Of a stretch of 53,627 bases of DNA, positions 1 to 9,580 are shown piece by piece; within the stretch, counting starts at the first letter, position 1; each line of letters starts with the position of its first letter. Origin of the DNA: a virus (taxonomy: Duplodnaviria; Caudoviricetes); the IMG/VR virus record IMGVR_UViG_3300033407_000965, positions 1-53,627 of that record; one strand, 5' to 3'. A program made the translations under genes and the position numbers. The notes below the pieces were generated by a model. It saw nothing but the letters and a program-made list of their open reading frames with translations. It made no database searches and was not told the DNA's origin.

Positions 1-168
1 ATGATCGCCGGAGTGCTCTTGGGGTTCGGTGTCGGGTTTGCAGCGGCGTGGCTCTACTTCCGGCGCCAGCGGCTGCTGCGGACGCGGAAGGAATGGTATG
101 CCGATCCGGCGGTGGCGTCGCGCTTCGGGCCCGATCCGGACCCGAACGGCTGGAGCTATTACGAATGA
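1..168 (+). CDS. Small membrane protein, 55 aa (MIAGVLLGFGVGFAAAWLYFRRQR...)
   Basis: ATG at 1, TGA 166-168 overlapping the next ATG (ATGA); hydrophobic N-terminal helix followed by basic residues; below the ORF-track cutoff. Confidence 0.6.
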   Translation: MIAGVLLGFGVGFAAAWLYFRRQRLLRTRKEWYADPAVASRFGPDPDPNGWSYYE

Positions 169-449
169 TCGGGTGGCTGACATTCCTGGCGGAGCTCGCC
201 TCGGCGGTCTATGGGCTGCTGTCCCTCGTTCTGTTCGGGAAGTTCTACTGGGAGACCCAGGCCCGTTACGGCGAGTGGCGGAACGTCGGCCGTCGTTTTC
301 GCCAATGGCTCGGTGACTACGCGCCGATCCCGTACAAGCGCTGCCGCGGCTGCGGCGGGTGGTTCCTGAACTTTCGGATCGTCGGCGCCGTCCGGTGGGG
401 GATCCCGAGGTATTGCAGCGAGGAGTGCTCCAGGAGGGCTGGTCCATGA
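165..449 (+). CDS. Membrane-anchored Zn-finger protein
   Basis: N-terminal TM-like segment, then CRGC...YCSEEC; GGAG upstream; ATGA coupling at both ends. Confidence 0.65.
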   Translation: MIGWLTFLAELASAVYGLLSLVLFGKFYWETQARYGEWRNVGRRFRQWLGDYAPIPYKRCRGCGGWFLNFRIVGAVRWGIPRYCSEECSRRAGP

Positions 450-691
450 TCGACCGCGGTGAGCTGCTGGTGCGCGGCGTGCGGCTCGACGGGAGCGTCG
501 GGGCGATCGACGTCCTGGATCTCGACGAGACGTCGTTTCGCCGGTGGGTGGTGGGCAAGCTGGTGGAGATGCGGGCGCCGGGGCTGCAGCACATAAAGCC
601 TGGCGCGGGCCAGCCACTGCTGCGGGAGCGGAAACCCGAGATCGTCAAGCCCGTACGGCAACCGCTCAAGCCGGAAACGGAGCCAAGCTGA
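446..691 (+). CDS. Hypothetical phage protein
   Basis: GGAGG RBS, ATG 446, stop overlaps next start (TGATG). Confidence 0.65.
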   Translation: MIDRGELLVRGVRLDGSVGAIDVLDLDETSFRRWVVGKLVEMRAPGLQHIKPGAGQPLLRERKPEIVKPVRQPLKPETEPS

Positions 692-1557
692 TGCCCGGAC
701 CGCACACCTTCCTTGGCAGCATCGACCAGAACTTCAACACCCCGGGCAACTGGGACACCAACCTCGTGCCCCAGACGGACGACGACTTCATGCTCAACCA
801 CCGGGCCGAAAAGCCCCTCATCGCCGGCATGGACCAGAGCGGCAAGGACTTCGGGCGGGTGACGGTGTCGGAGGGCTACAACCAGAAATTCGCCGACGCG
901 GCGACGCCCTTCATCTTCGGCACGCTCAGCGACTTGTACTTCGCGGGGCGCGGGCTGGGGGCGTGGCTGGCCGGGACGGTGACCCGGGCCCACGTCTCGG
1001 CCCCGAACGCCTCCCTCACCACGTTGGTGCTGGACTGCGCTGTGACTGATCTGGTGGTGCGCAGCGGCATCGTGCAGCTCACGGGCAGCAAGGCGATGGC
1101 CGGCGGCGGGCGGATCCATGTCGGCGCCGTCGGATCGGGGGAGGACTTCTACGAGGCGGCGCAGCTGATCGTGGCCGACACGTTCAACCTGACGACCGCG
1201 GCGCTGGCCCTGTCCGGCGGACGGGTGCAGTGCTCGGCGAACGTCGGCGGGCGGATCGACGTGAGCGGCGGGGAGTTTCTGGCGGAGGACTCGGCGGCGG
1301 TCACGCTGCTGCAAATGCTGGGCGGAAAGTTCCGCTGGCGGGGCGACGGCACGATCACCGCCGCCCACATCGCCGGCGACGCCCTCTTCGACGCCACCGA
1401 GTTCGACCTGGTCAAGACGCTCACCGACCTGGACATGTACGACGACGCGGTAGTGGACCTGTCCGCGGGCTACAACCTGACGGTGAGCAACGGCATTAGG
1501 GTCCACGGGAAGAACGCCCCCAGAATGCCGCAGGGTACGGTGTACAGCTTCGCGTGA
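691..1557 (+). CDS. Beta-helix/adhesin-like virion protein
   Basis: Starts MPGPHTFLGSIDQNFNTPGNWDTNLVP; repetitive G/T/V-rich beta-strand pattern; coding-like codon bias. Confidence 0.65.
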   Translation: MPGPHTFLGSIDQNFNTPGNWDTNLVPQTDDDFMLNHRAEKPLIAGMDQSGKDFGRVTVSEGYNQKFADAATPFIFGTLSDLYFAGRGLGAWLAGTVTRAHVSAPNASLTTLVLDCAVTDLVVRSGIVQLTGSKAMAGGGRIHVGAVGSGEDFYEAAQLIVADTFNLTTAALALSGGRVQCSANVGGRIDVSGGEFLAEDSAAVTLLQMLGGKFRWRGDGTITAAHIAGDALFDATEFDLVKTLTDLDMYDDAVVDLSAGYNLTVSNGIRVHGKNAPRMPQGTVYSFA

Positions 1558-1940
1558 TGCAGGAGAGAGGGATGCTTCGACCGCAGCGCCGGACGGGCAC
1601 GGGACACATGGACGAGACCTTCGTCCTGACCGAGCTGCCGTTCTGGCCGGTTTTCGTGCGGGGTCATTTCACCGACCTCGGTGGCGCCGGTGCGGGGCGG
1701 GCGGACGTGACCTTCGCGGTGACGTCGGGCGTCCACGCGAGGTATGACACGCAGCTCTTCGTGGTCGAGCAGCGGGGGCTGGGGCGGGACCTGAACTTCC
1801 GCCTGCCCAAGGAAGAGCGGGACGAGTGGCTCCTGCAAGGCGGCGACGGCCTGCGGGTGACGTGGACCAACCCCTACCCCGGAGTCCTGGAGTGGGGCCT
1901 CGAGGTGGAGCTGGAGTATGCGGACATCGCGGTTCAATGA
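1554..1940 (+). CDS. Hypothetical beta-rich phage protein
   Basis: Coupled to previous stop; ends LRVTWTNP...WGLEVELEY. Confidence 0.6.
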   Translation: MMQERGMLRPQRRTGTGHMDETFVLTELPFWPVFVRGHFTDLGGAGAGRADVTFAVTSGVHARYDTQLFVVEQRGLGRDLNFRLPKEERDEWLLQGGDGLRVTWTNPYPGVLEWGLEVELEYADIAVQ

Positions 1941-2313
1941 TGTGGCGGCCAGCGTGTCGCCCAGCGCGTTGGAGCGGGTCGAGGCCTGGTTCGGCCTGCC
2001 GGTGTTTTTGAACGAATACTGCGGCGTGGCGGGAACGCGCCGCCGGTCCTGGCGTGAGCGTCTTTTCGGCCGGCCGTGGCGGCCGTGGCGGCGGCTGGCC
2101 GACACGTTCGAGCCGCGCATTGTCACGATCCGCGGGACGTGCGTGGTCATGCACCCCGACCTCTGGCCGCAGGTCGTGGCGAGGGCGCAGCGCAATGGAC
2201 CGGCAAGCGGCGACGGGGCCAAGCACCCCCACACCCCTGGGGCCGGTCCCCCCGGAGGCCCCGTCGCCCGCCTTGAACAACGGGAGGGACACAATGGTCG
2301 TTCTGCATTGTGA
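1918..2313 (+). CDS. Hypothetical protein
   Basis: Fills the operon gap; start uncertain. Confidence 0.45.
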   Translation: MRTSRFNDVAASVSPSALERVEAWFGLPVFLNEYCGVAGTRRRSWRERLFGRPWRPWRRLADTFEPRIVTIRGTCVVMHPDLWPQVVARAQRNGPASGDGAKHPHTPGAGPPGGPVARLEQREGHNGRSAL

Positions 2314-2506
2314 GCCGATCGGGCACGTGGTGCTGCACAGCCACGAGCCGCAGCGGGTGGTCGTACGCTTCTCGCGCCCCATCAACTTCTGGGGATTCTC
2401 CGCGGAGGAGGCGCGAACGATCGCCGGCGATCTGCTGGAGCACGCGGACCTGGTGGACGGCAGCGTGCCCTGTTCGGGGCGGGAGGCGAGCCATGCCGCG
2501 CATTGA
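2294..2506 (+). CDS. Hypothetical phage protein (MVVLHCEPIG...FSAEEARTIAGDLLEHAD)
   Basis: GGAGGG RBS before ATG 2294. Confidence 0.6.
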   Translation: MVVLHCEPIGHVVLHSHEPQRVVVRFSRPINFWGFSAEEARTIAGDLLEHADLVDGSVPCSGREASHAAH

Positions 2507-2696
2507 CACACGCGACGACAACGGGCGGGTGGGACGCAGCGCCGGCGAGGTCACCTACCGCCCGGCCGCGCTCGACGACTGGGAGGGCGGAGCGGATCCC
2601 GGCCAGGCGGGCGACGCACTGGATGTGCTCGCGTCGCGGGGGCGCGGGGTGTGGGTGGTGCCGTTCCTGGCGGACGGGAGCGCGGTGGCCATATGA
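2493..2696 (+). CDS. Small protein with a tail-fibre-like repeat motif (TYRPAALDDWEGGADPG..DALDVLA)
   Basis: GGAGG RBS; stop overlaps next ATG. Confidence 0.55.
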   Translation: MPRIDTRDDNGRVGRSAGEVTYRPAALDDWEGGADPGQAGDALDVLASRGRGVWVVPFLADGSAVAI

Positions 2697-3157
2697 GCGT
2701 GCGGCTCTACTGGTCTCCGGTGGTTGACGATCCCGACGGGGGGGGCCGAGTGCTCAAGCTCGCGACCCTGCTGTCGGGTAAACGTCGGGCGCAGTGGTAC
2801 TGCGAGCGTCGGGGCGGCGAGCTGGCGGACGGCGCTCTGGCGGCGGTGTTCGCGGAGGACTTCGGTCCCGTGGATGCCGACCCGGAATGCCTCCGCCTGA
2901 GTCCCGACCTGTTTGCCGGCGACCGCCGTGAGGTGCGGCAGCGAATGTACGACTGCTGGTCGCGGCTGCGGGAGTGGACAAAAACGCGGACGGTAGGCGG
3001 CCTGGGCCTCGCGCTCGAGGCCAACTGGGCGCTCGTGTTGCTTGCCCTCGACGTGGCGGCAGACGGGGTGACGGCTGGCACGTCGGTGTACGAGCTGTTG
3101 CGCTTGGTGCTTGAAAGGACCGCTGCGGCAGACCTGCGCAGGCACTTGGGTGAGTGA
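2693..3157 (+). CDS. Hypothetical phage protein
   Basis: ATGA coupling at start, TGATG at end. Confidence 0.6.
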   Translation: MSVRLYWSPVVDDPDGGGRVLKLATLLSGKRRAQWYCERRGGELADGALAAVFAEDFGPVDADPECLRLSPDLFAGDRREVRQRMYDCWSRLREWTKTRTVGGLGLALEANWALVLLALDVAADGVTAGTSVYELLRLVLERTAAADLRRHLGE

Positions 3158-3780
3158 TGGCGATTCTGGACCAGGACAGCTTCGACCGCGCCGACGAAAG
3201 CCTCGACGCCGGATCCTGGGCGGAGCGCAATGGCTCCGACTGGTCCATCGTCTCCAACCGGGCGACCTGCCCGGCGGGTACGACCCCGAGCGCCGCGCGG
3301 CGGACGGTCTCGGACTATGCCACCGCCGACTACAAGGTGTCTTCTCCATGTGGTCAGAATTCGGGCAATCCGCGCCCAGGGGTCAAAGGCCGCGCCGTCG
3401 CCACCAACGGCGACGATGATTACTACTGGGCGCGGATCCGTGCCTCGGCCGATGCTTTCGAGTTCGGCTACCGTTCGGCGGGGGGAATGACCACGCTGGC
3501 CTCGGGCTCCATCGCCCTGGACTTCAACACCGACTACACCGTGCGCCTCGAGATGGAGGGCACCACGATCCGCATGTTCGTGGACGACACGCAATACGGC
3601 GGCGACCAGACGGACAGCACGCTCTCGGCCGCCGGGGTGGGCGGACTGCATTTGAGCAACGGCGACAACGACTTCGGATGGGCGAGCTTCCTGGTGGAGG
3701 ACTTCGGGGGCGGGGCGCCGGCGTTCGACGCGGCTTTGATCGAGGATGAAACGCGGCTCGTCGATGCGGCGCCGCGGTAG
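3157..3780 (+). CDS. Concanavalin-A/lectin-like beta-sandwich protein, probable virion appendage
   Basis: DSFDRAD...LDAGSW N-terminus; YTVRLEMEGTTIRMFVDD; TDSTLSAAGVGGL. Confidence 0.65.
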   Translation: MAILDQDSFDRADESLDAGSWAERNGSDWSIVSNRATCPAGTTPSAARRTVSDYATADYKVSSPCGQNSGNPRPGVKGRAVATNGDDDYYWARIRASADAFEFGYRSAGGMTTLASGSIALDFNTDYTVRLEMEGTTIRMFVDDTQYGGDQTDSTLSAAGVGGLHLSNGDNDFGWASFLVEDFGGGAPAFDAALIEDETRLVDAAPR

Positions 3781-3801
3781 GCCTTTGGAAGGAGCTCAGG
3801 G

Positions 3802-4095
3802 ATGCAGCAGACCAAGTTTCGGATCGAGAAGACCTGGCCGGACCGGGAGTGCAACGAACGGCGGGAGAGACTGGCCGATGGCCAGGAGCACGTGGTGGCC
3901 AACACGGTGTACGTGGAGTTTCTGGTCAGCGCCGCGGTCGAGTTCCCGGTGGAGACGGACCTGAACCGCACGCCGGCGGAGCGGGCCGAGGCGACCGCGG
4001 AGAACCGCAAGGGGGCCCTGGACCAGCTCCGCAGCGACATCGGGGCGTTGAACTGGGCGGGCCGGGAGCCGGTGTACCACGGGCCGGGGGCGTGA
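3802..4095 (+). CDS. Hypothetical phage protein
   Basis: AAGGAG RBS, ATG 3802. Confidence 0.6.
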   Translation: MQQTKFRIEKTWPDRECNERRERLADGQEHVVANTVYVEFLVSAAVEFPVETDLNRTPAERAEATAENRKGALDQLRSDIGALNWAGREPVYHGPGA

Positions 4096-4141
4096 CGAGG
4101 AAGCCGGCGACCGCGACGCCGCAAGGTAAAGGAGTCGAATC

Positions 4142-4594
4142 ATGCGAGGTTGCTACACGAACGTGGCCCAGTTCTCCCTGTCGGCGGCCAAGACGCTGAT
4201 GTACATCACCGGGCCCGCGGCGGAGAACGTGCGGGTTCTGTCGGCCCGGGTCACGAACGCGGACAACGAGACCAACGAGCAGCTGGACGTCGGCTGGCGG
4301 AAGGTCTCTGCGTTGGGCACCCCGACGGCGACGACGATCACGCCGTCGAAGCACGAGAGCGGGGACCAGGCGGCGGGGTCGACGGTCAAGGCGAACGTGA
4401 CCGCGGCGGAGCCGACGTACGGCACGGAGGTGCACGCCCGGCGGGGCGTGCCGTCGATCCCGGGGTATCGCTACGAGCCGACCGAGCGGGAGGAGCTGGT
4501 CATCGGGCCGGCCGAGACGTGGGGGCTGTACAACTACGGCGCGCCGGCGGCGATCACGGTGAACGTGGAAGTCGTCATGCGAGAGGAAGGCTGA
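4142..4594 (+). CDS. Beta-rich virion/decoration-type protein
   Basis: AAGGAG RBS; T/A/V-rich; C-terminal pattern similar in style to 24590..25042. Confidence 0.65.
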   Translation: MRGCYTNVAQFSLSAAKTLMYITGPAAENVRVLSARVTNADNETNEQLDVGWRKVSALGTPTATTITPSKHESGDQAAGSTVKANVTAAEPTYGTEVHARRGVPSIPGYRYEPTEREELVIGPAETWGLYNYGAPAAITVNVEVVMREEG

Positions 4595-5421
4595 TGCAGC
4601 GACCCCTGCGCGGCGCGCGGCGCAGACGTCGAGGCGAGGAAGCTTTCGACGTGCTGCGGATCCCGACGCCGGTGCCGCCGCTGCTCATCGTGGATGAGGC
4701 TCGGCGAAGGCCTCGGCGGCGGGCGGGCGTGGGGGTGGACGGCGCCGAGCTGGTCACGCTGCACGAGCGGCCGCGGCTGGCGGTGGAGCTTCTCGACGGA
4801 CCCGGGCGTGGGTCAGAGGCTCGGCGGGTGCCGGCGCGGGGCGGAGGCGATCTTGCGATCGAGCTGTTCGAGCCCCCGCCGGCGCCGCCGGCCTTCGCGG
4901 CGGAACTGTCGGGCGACGCGCGGCGGCGGCCGGCGCCGGTGACGGTTGGGGGCCGCGTGGATATCGAGAACCCCGACCTGTGGCCGCCGCCGCCCGCGCC
5001 TCCGCCGCTGGACGTTGCGATCCTCGGCGACGGGCCGTTGCGGCGGGCGCCGGTGGCGATCGGGCCGCGGCGTTTCCCAACGCTGGGCGAGGAGCACCCA
5101 CGGTTCGCCCTGGGGGTCCTGTGGGCCGATCTCTCGCCGGTTCGCTGGCTGCACGTGGCCAGCGAGTGGGTGGGCGTCTCCTGGACGTTCTATGCGGTGT
5201 TGTGGGCGACGGTCGGGACGGTGTTCGTTCGGCTGTGGGACGAGACCGCGGGGGCGGAGGTGAGCGGGTCGGTGCTGTCGTCGGCTTCGGCGACGCCGGT
5301 GGAGCTGGAGTCGGGCCCGCTGACGCTGTCGGACGGGCACGTGTATCGGGGACAGAAGGGACAGGCCGGATCGGACGCCGGCTTTTGTGGGGCAGCGTTT
5401 CTGAAGTTCAAGGGTGCATAG
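4594..5421 (+). CDS. Pro/Arg-rich protein with C-terminal beta-sandwich domain
   Basis: TGATG coupling; PPPAPP repeats then VFVRLWDETAGAEVSGSVLSS domain. Confidence 0.6.
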   Translation: MQRPLRGARRRRRGEEAFDVLRIPTPVPPLLIVDEARRRPRRRAGVGVDGAELVTLHERPRLAVELLDGPGRGSEARRVPARGGGDLAIELFEPPPAPPAFAAELSGDARRRPAPVTVGGRVDIENPDLWPPPPAPPPLDVAILGDGPLRRAPVAIGPRRFPTLGEEHPRFALGVLWADLSPVRWLHVASEWVGVSWTFYAVLWATVGTVFVRLWDETAGAEVSGSVLSSASATPVELESGPLTLSDGHVYRGQKGQAGSDAGFCGAAFLKFKGA

Positions 5422-5436
5422 TGGGAGGATCAGGCA

Positions 5437-5844
5437 TTGAAGTTGTTGCGTGAGTTCACGACTCCCAGCGGCATGCGGGTCGGGATCCCGCTGGTGCATG
5501 TGATGGGCGTCGAGCAGAAGCAGCAGGCGACGGTGGTGCACGTGGCCAAGGGCCACAGCACGCAGTCGTTCCACCTCAAGGAGCGGTTCGAGGACGTGGT
5601 CAAGGCGATCGACCAGGCCTGGGAGGAAGGGTCGGTGTCGCTTCTGACCGCGATCGTCGGCGGCGAGCACCTCAGCGCGTTCGAGGCGCGGGTCGCACAG
5701 AACGTGGAGGCGGCGGTGCTCAGCGGCAAGCTGGCGGAGCTGATGGACCAGCGGGCGGAGTCGCTGCGGCGCACGCTGCTGGATGACATCATCGGCGAGC
5801 TGAGCGGCGGGGACGAGAAGAAGCCGCCGGGCAAGAAGAGATAG
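5437..5844 (+). CDS. Hypothetical protein
   Basis: GGAGG RBS, TTG start, strong codon bias. Confidence 0.65.
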   Translation: MKLLREFTTPSGMRVGIPLVHVMGVEQKQQATVVHVAKGHSTQSFHLKERFEDVVKAIDQAWEEGSVSLLTAIVGGEHLSAFEARVAQNVEAAVLSGKLAELMDQRAESLRRTLLDDIIGELSGGDEKKPPGKKR

Positions 5845-6096
5845 GCAAGACGCCCCAGGCCGGCCCCGTCGCTAGGGAGAGCACCCGCAGGGTTGCTGAT
5901 CAGCGCGAGGCTTTGCGGGGCCGCCCGTCGTAGGTGGCGGAGCGGGGTCGGCCGAGCTTTTGGAATGGACATAGCCGGTGTCGGTGTGAGCCGGGGCGCG
6001 GGGCTGCGTAGGCCTCGCCAGCCGGGAAAACGCGGCCGGCGGATGCGCGCTTGGTCAGCCTGGGGGAGGCTGGGGGCGCGCGCGGAGGAGCAGAGC

Positions 6097-6987
6097 GTGA
6101 AGCGGGTGGCAACGATCGGGAGCCTGATTGCGGCGGGCTGTCTCTTGGTGTCCGTGCCGGAGCTGGTGTTGATGGCGACCCGGGCTCAGGAGCCGGCGGG
6201 AAGCGGCGCTGGGCGAGCGCTGGTGCCGTGGGTGGAGTGCAACACGGCCGCGCACGTCGAGAACACGGTGGCCGGGTTGCTCGTGTGGCGGCGGACGGTC
6301 GATACCGCGATCGTCTCGACGACGCCGGGCGGGGCGGAGTTGCTCAAGAGGGTGCGCGACGCGGCGCCGGGCATTCGGCTGGTGCCGGGCCTCAAAACCT
6401 TCAGGCTCCTACCGGACTTCGACGACGCGGACGGGTGGCGCAGGGTCGGCGAGGAGGTCAAGGCGATCCGCTCCGACCTCGGCGGCGACGCCTTCCTGTT
6501 CGAGCACGAGCACGCGGTGCGCGGCCTGTGGGGTGACGATGGGTTCGAGCCGCAGACGCTGGACCTGGACGCGTTCCGGGCGGCGCTTGTGGCGGCGGAC
6601 CTGCCGGCGGGGGTCACCTACTACTGGTACCCGTCGGTGCCCTCGCGGAGCGGGCAGGTGCAGGCGCTGGCGAGGACGCTCTGCGTGATCGTCGCCGACG
6701 TGCTCGGCGACGTGGTGTGGATCGACAACGCGAGCGTCAACGGGCCCCTGGCCGCGGCCTACGAGCCGAGCGTGCGGGCGGGGCAGATGATTCGCGGGCT
6801 GGGGCGGTCGGCGGGGCTGCTCTACTTCTACGGGCCGGGCTCCGCCTGGTGGGACGACGTGGAGCTGATGGCGGCGCTGGAGCGCGGTCACGAGGGCTAC
6901 GGGACCTTGCTGATCTACACCGGCCAGACGCGGTTTGCGGAGGCCGCCCGGTCGCTGAGCGACGTGTGGGCACGAAACGGACGCTGA
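6097..6987 (+). CDS. Secreted alpha/beta protein, possibly a glycoside-hydrolase-like TIM barrel
   Basis: GGAGGAG RBS then GTG; signal-peptide-like MKRVATIGSLIAAGCLLVSV; alternating beta/alpha pattern with FLFEHE. Confidence 0.55.
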   Translation: MKRVATIGSLIAAGCLLVSVPELVLMATRAQEPAGSGAGRALVPWVECNTAAHVENTVAGLLVWRRTVDTAIVSTTPGGAELLKRVRDAAPGIRLVPGLKTFRLLPDFDDADGWRRVGEEVKAIRSDLGGDAFLFEHEHAVRGLWGDDGFEPQTLDLDAFRAALVAADLPAGVTYYWYPSVPSRSGQVQALARTLCVIVADVLGDVVWIDNASVNGPLAAAYEPSVRAGQMIRGLGRSAGLLYFYGPGSAWWDDVELMAALERGHEGYGTLLIYTGQTRFAEAARSLSDVWARNGR

Positions 6988-6989
6988 CG

Positions 6990-7448
6990 ATGGCGAAGCA
7001 GACGCGGCGGCACAAGGCGAAACGCAAGCGGCCGGCGACCGCTGCGGTGCTTGAGGAGCAGCGGGCGCATCGCTGGCTGCACGACAAGGACGTGCCGATC
7101 CGGCAGATCGCGCGCGGGGTGCTGGGCGACGTCCGGGTGCTGGGCGATCGGGCGGACGAGTTGCCGCTGAGGGCCGCGGAGGAGCTGCTCGTGGCGTTCG
7201 TGACGGAAAGCCTGCGAAGCAAGAGCCCCAAACAGCGGTTCCGGGGCGCCCGGCTGCTGACCCGCCTGCGCGATCAGCGAAACGCGTTGCGGTTCAAGGA
7301 GTTCGAGTTGGTGCAGGCGGCGATGGAGGCGCACCTGGCGGAGGTGGTGGCGCGGTGGCAGGCGACGGTGGATGCCCAGGGGGCTCAGCCGACCCTGGAC
7401 GACCTGAACCGCGAGGCGGAACGCGGGACCCGGGGAGTGGAGGATTGA
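6990..7448 (+). CDS. Helical hypothetical protein with basic N-terminus
   Basis: ATG 6990 directly after previous stop; MAKQTRRHKAKRKRP. Confidence 0.6.
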   Translation: MAKQTRRHKAKRKRPATAAVLEEQRAHRWLHDKDVPIRQIARGVLGDVRVLGDRADELPLRAAEELLVAFVTESLRSKSPKQRFRGARLLTRLRDQRNALRFKEFELVQAAMEAHLAEVVARWQATVDAQGAQPTLDDLNREAERGTRGVED

Positions 7449-7449
7449 G

Positions 7450-8591
7450 GTGGCGACGAAGAGCAAGGGCGCGAACAAAGGCACAAAGGGCAAAGCGAAG
7501 AAGCAGGCGGAGCGGACAAAAGCGTCAATGCCGGTCCCGCTGGTGATCCGTGAGGGTCACCGTCTGTTGATCGACGGCGCGCAGACCCGCGTAGTGCTGG
7601 AGACCAACTTCGACCTTCCGCACAACGCGACCTACCTGAACGCGTGGGGGTCGCCGCCGGGCACGTACCGGGCGAAGGAATTCGCTTGGTACGACCACTT
7701 TGAGATGTGCCTCGAGCGAGCGATGTGGGGTGCCGGATTGCCGAAGAAGCGTCCGGCCGAGCGGCGGACGCGGGAAGTGCCCGAGGTGCCGCTGGTGTGC
7801 ACGGCGATGCAGGACGGCTCGTTCCGGGTCGAGGCCGGCGACGACTTCATGCTCATCGGCGACAAGACCAAGGACGCGGCTGTAGAGGCGTGGCTCATCG
7901 GGCTGGTGATGAGGCGGGTCAAAGAGTGGATCGTCGCCCCGCCCGCGCGCCAGGCGGAGAAGGGGAAGAAGCGGCCGCGAGCGGCGAAGCCGACGAAGGG
8001 GGGAAACAACAAAGGCACAAAGGCACGGAGGCACGGAGGCACGGAGGCACAAAGGGCAAAGCGAAGAAGCACACGGTGCGGAGCTCGACGTTCCTGAATC
8101 CGGCGCTCGGCGTTGAGAACGATGAGCAAGGGTTGGCCACTACACCGGGAACGAAGCGGCCGTCGACACGCGGCGCTGGTCAGCGAGACGCAGCGACGAA
8201 GGGGATCAGTGTCGAGCAGGCCAAGTCGCTGCGGCCGGGAGATCTGGTCACCTGGAACCATGACCGGCTCGGGCCGATCAAGGCGACGGTCACCAAAGCG
8301 CCCAGCGGCGAGTCGTTTCGGGCAGCGGGCGGGGGCCAGAAGGCGAAGGTGCACCTCGAGCCGTCGGTCAAGATCGACGGCCGAGTAGGCGGGACAGGAA
8401 GCGCCGGCCCGCCGCCGTCGGATCATCCGCGCTGGGTGACGATTGGACGGATCGTGGCGATCAAGACGCAGAAGAGGGAAGGGAAGCAGGGACCAAGCAA
8501 GGTTCACCCGGCGAAACCACCGGCGGAAAGCGAGACGCCGGCGGAAGCGGGGTTCGATCCGGACGAGGACGACGTGGAGGCTGGACGGTGA
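7450..8591 (+). pseudogene. Lys-rich phage protein split by an 8-bp repeat frameshift (ORF 7450..8097 plus the downstream frame ending at 8591)
   Basis: Coding-like sequence switches frame exactly at five 8-bp units (8011-8050); removing one unit joins both parts. Confidence 0.7.
8011..8050 (+). repeat. 8-bp tandem array (AAAGGCAC)2(GGAGGCAC)3
   Basis: Read directly; the same flanks (AAC...AAAGGGCAAAGCGAAGAAGCA) occur with a single unit at 7474-7505. Confidence 0.95.
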
Positions 8592-8878
8592 CGGCGGCGG
8601 CCCGGGCAGGCTCGGCGGCGGTCGCCGCGGTACAGGCGCGCCTGCCGGCGGCGTTGCTGGGGGTTTACCGACGCGACTACCACAAGCCGGTGGACGGACT
8701 GCGGATCCCGGCGGTGCACCAGGTCGAGCCGGTGATCTACGACCTGGTCGAGCGGTGGTACGTGTGCCTCGGCGGCGTGCTGGCACTGACGGCGCCGCGG
8801 AACTGTTCGCTGGCGGAGGTGCAGCGCGACGTGCATGCACTGCTGGTCGCAGAGGGCTACCGGAGGGAGCCGACATGA
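8588..8878 (+). CDS. Hypothetical phage protein
   Basis: GGAGG RBS, GTGA and ATGA coupling. Confidence 0.55.
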   Translation: MTAAARAGSAAVAAVQARLPAALLGVYRRDYHKPVDGLRIPAVHQVEPVIYDLVERWYVCLGGVLALTAPRNCSLAEVQRDVHALLVAEGYRREPT

Positions 8879-9117
8879 AGGCAGCGAGCGTGAAGCTCCG
8901 CGGGCGGCGAGGTGTTCGTGCCGCCGGGTTCCGGTGGGTCGGGTGCCCCCGCCCGCGGGCGAGCCTCCTGGCGGAGGCTGTGGAGCTCAAGGCCGGTGCG
9001 GTGTGGCGGCACTACTTGATCCGGCGGCGGTTCTACCGCATGTGGCGGATCGAGGCCTCGCGCAAGCGCGAGGTGTGGCAGGTGTTGGCCGGAGAGAAAC
9101 GTTATGCAGACGCGTAG
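8875..9117 (+). CDS. Basic hypothetical protein
   Basis: GGAG RBS, ATG 8875. Confidence 0.5.
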   Translation: MKAASVKLRGRRGVRAAGFRWVGCPRPRASLLAEAVELKAGAVWRHYLIRRRFYRMWRIEASRKREVWQVLAGEKRYADA

Positions 9118-9580
9118 CGACGGCGACGGACCCGAACAAAACCCCCAGGGCAACGCAACGGAAGATTCATTCTCGGACGTCGTGATGAGACGGTGTGTCT
9201 GTGAGTTGCGGGCCCGTGGGCCCCCGGCGCGGCTGACGCTGATCGCGGAATGCATGAGCCTTGCGCTTCGGACCGCGATCGAGGTGCCTTGGTCGGACTT
9301 CCCCCGGTTCCGCAAGGTGCAGGCGATGAGGGGCGCGTTCCGCCGGTGGCTCAACAAAGCGGGAATTGGGCAGCAGTTTGTGATGCACCTGGCGGCGGAC
9401 GGCAAGTCGGCCTACGTGCTGCGCGTTGCCGCCGGCGGCGGGGTCGCCCCCGGCCAAGTCGACGCCGAAGATTCGGATCTGACCTGTCTGGCGGCGCAGA
9501 ACCGGGGGCTGTCCGACGAGGCCGTTGTCTTCCTGGCCACGTGCGCGGTTTCCCTGGCGAGGAGGCTGGAACATGGCTGA
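9104..9580 (+). CDS. Hypothetical protein
   Basis: GGAG RBS; fills operon. Confidence 0.5.
   Translation: MQTRSDGDGPEQNPQGNATEDSFSDVVMRRCVCELRARGPPARLTLIAECMSLALRTAIEVPWSDFPRFRKVQAMRGAFRRWLNKAGIGQQFVMHLAADGKSAYVLRVAAGGGVAPGQVDAEDSDLTCLAAQNRGLSDEAVVFLATCAVSLARRLEHG

Noticed and set aside
6990-7448. Terminase small subunit call
   Set aside because: Size and basic N-terminus fit, but no recognisable motif and it is 4 kb from terL; left as hypothetical
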